A stretch of DNA of 63,595 bases, filler included, from Collodictyon triciliatum (Eukaryota): NCBI GenBank assembly GCA_043381765.1. It is 6 parts of 6 records of this genome, joined end to end, with 100 filler letters (N's around TTAATTAATTAA, not from the genome) between each part and the next. Parts side by side here need not be neighbours in the genome. Positions count along the whole stretch, not along the records: positions 60,266 to 63,595 come from JBHJMP010001610.1; 5 more parts are not named here. One strand, 5' to 3'. The position numbers and the translations under genes are program-made. Positions 61,539 to 63,595 of the stretch are shown here, piece after piece; position 1 is the first letter of the stretch; each line of letters opens with the position of its first letter. The notes under the pieces are model-generated. The model worked only from the letters and a program-made list of their open reading frames with translations. It ran no database searches and was not told where the DNA came from.

Positions 61539-63595
61539 TTCACACCAGTGCTCTTGGAATCAGAAAGTCGCCTTTTTTTTTCGAGACGATTATTTGCAGA
61601 GGAATTGTATGAGTTTTGTCCAGGAACATAGATTACAAGAAATTTGGAGATGAAATAATTGAATACTTCTGCACGCATGTTGCTTATCTTTTTGGGTTAT
61701 TTAATGTTCTATATGTATTCAGGTGAAGAAGATTGACAGCCGACTGAGGAAAAATATGTCTATTTATAGTTTTGATTTACGTTTCAGTGGTCTCAGGGAA
61801 ACGATTTATAAAATGCTGGTAACGGAGCTGCTCGAAAGATTCCTCGGCTTCGAAAGTTTGATTCGGGATGGACTGTAATAATTTACCTTCAAACTAAAAT
61901 TGCACCATAAAAAATGAAAAAAATTATGGGGATTTAATATTTTGATACCAAAAATCTATATTTTAAAAGAAATAATATATTTGGTTATCCACCTTGGTAA
62001 ATAAACTTGAATAATAATATGGGTCAATCACCTTAGCAGGTTGATTTACTAAAGTCGCGCAACAAATGTCATGATTGTGGGTCAGGTGTTTTAGTAGAAT
62101 GCAAGGACGCGTTTATTCGAAATTTTCAATAAATTTATCTGCTAAGAAATTAACTTTACGTGGAATTCTGGGACTCTTAGTAGGTATATTCACTCCTTTT
62201 GATATATTTATAGTATCAGACTCATCCACCGAATAGTAGCCTGATAAATTAACTTGCCCTTTGGTAATGATTATCAGAGCTAAAATTGAAAAAAGAAAAA
62301 TTCAGAATTCAATTTAAGCAGTGCAATTACCTTATTACAATCAATTTTTGAATACCATAGAATAAATAAATATGCAGTATCGCAACATAAATAAATAATA
62401 AGTAATTCTACGCTTTCCAGGAGCAGGCAATGAATTGAATGATTTTCTTGCTGCTTTTGAAGAAATATCCCAGGAAACTTATGTGTAGTGTGCACCAAGA
62501 AGGAAGTAGATTTTAATGATGTGCAGTTACATCTTTATAAGAGAATGAACAAAAGGCTTATGCGTATACAAGAGAAAAATTAGTATCTGTTAAACATATA
62601 ACATGTGAGATCTGTGGAAGTCCTATTCGCAGTTGCAAATATTGCAAAAACGAAAAAAAATTTATTGGTCATTCATAACTGTTTTTTGAAAAGAAAAATT
62701 AAATGCACCTGTGTCATTAAAGCGCAACTCCTCGAAAGACAGGTGACTGAATTCAATATTTCCAGTAATTGATGTGATGTACATTCCCTCCATCTAATAC
62801 TCCGGGAGATATATAGTCAAATTATGAGAGATTCTTCGATCAAATAGTAATTATGGTCTCAGGCGTAAATAATTGCAATTGAACAAATGGGGCCATTAAT
62901 ATCCTATCGTAAATATTACCATTATTTTTGATGGATGCACTCCGCGACTCGAACTGTTAGCTACAAATCAAGAGTGTTGATAAGTCACCCAATTTATGGA
63001 AATAATCCACGCACAGACCCACCCAAAACTTAATATACTTTGGGTTTATATTTCTGACTGGAGCAAGTAAAATATACAAATAAACAAATAAACAAATAAA
63101 CAAATAAACAAATAAAAATGAGCAAGTAAATAAAAATAATAATCGAAATTCATTCCGAAAGTTTGGGAGTGCATTTATATCCACATATGATATACTTTAA
63201 AGTATAAATGCAGAAAAGAATCAAATAAAATCGAGAATAAGGCATTCAAATAGAAGGCGATCATAAGTTTTGTACGCAAATTTTCTGTCTCGCAGGATTA
63301 AAAAAAATATATTCGTACCAAAGTGTGGATCACCCGTATTTGATGTCCGAGAATATCTAGAGCTTTGTAATTTTCCTTTATTGTCGTCTTGATGATTGAG
63401 CCCTCCTCCTATACCGCCCGGACCTGAAGGTACTCCAAATCCAAAGCCTTCGTGATTGTGCCCTCCTCCTATACCGCCCGGACCTGAAGGTGCTCCAAAT
63501 CCAAAGCCTTCGTGATTGTGCCCTCTTCCTAAACCGTTCGGACCTGAAGGTGCTCCAAATCCAAAGCCTTCGTGATTGTGCCCTCCTCCTAAACC
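61539..63595 (-). CDS. Partial multi-exon gene: Gly/His-rich GFGFG repeat exon and a putative GLEBS-like exon
   Basis: Open frame through the 60-bp repeat ending at donor gtacga (63318); candidate exon 61781-61886 KLLQSIPNQTFEAEESFEQLRYQHF; exon linkage not established. Confidence 0.35.
63393..63595. repeat. 60-bp tandem repeat, at least 3.4 units, runs off the window
   Basis: Unit tgattgtgccctcctcctataccgcccggacctgaaggtgctccaaatccaaagccttcg with few substitutions. Confidence 0.95.

Noticed and set aside
63320-63337. GDPH as a VWD autocleavage motif
   Set aside because: No following TFDG-like sequence or VWD domain found in plausible next exons
63393-63595. 60-bp repeat as a CRISPR array
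   Set aside because: No unique spacers; whole units are near-identical; eukaryotic context

Overview
Eukaryotic nuclear DNA using the standard genetic code, with dense GT-AG introns and AT-rich introns full of microsatellites. SHIPPO-repeat and docking-domain/IQ genes suggest a flagellated protist. The window is not one continuous locus: five identical 100-bp spacers (44 N + TTAATTAATTAA + 44 N) join six blocks, and there are four sized N gaps. Genes I could splice by hand: an EF-hand/SHIPPO-repeat protein, an atypical protein kinase with SAM-like tail, a complete 32-exon cobalamin-dependent methionine synthase, a cytochrome P450, a stand-alone cytochrome b561, tRNA-Thr(AGT), a docking-domain plus 4xIQ protein, a Sen1/senataxin-like SF1 helicase and a DRS1/DDX27 DEAD-box helicase. 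There are also several partial genes and a region of decayed repeats at about 18-28 kb. The most unusual item is a predicted secreted or surface protein with 21 regular WD40 repeats fused to GCC2/GCC3-type Cys-rich repeats, encoded almost entirely by one exon of more than 4 kb. The second is a decayed multi-copy ORF family carrying a PCNA-binding (PIP-box) motif. All family assignments come from motif recognition; no searches were run.
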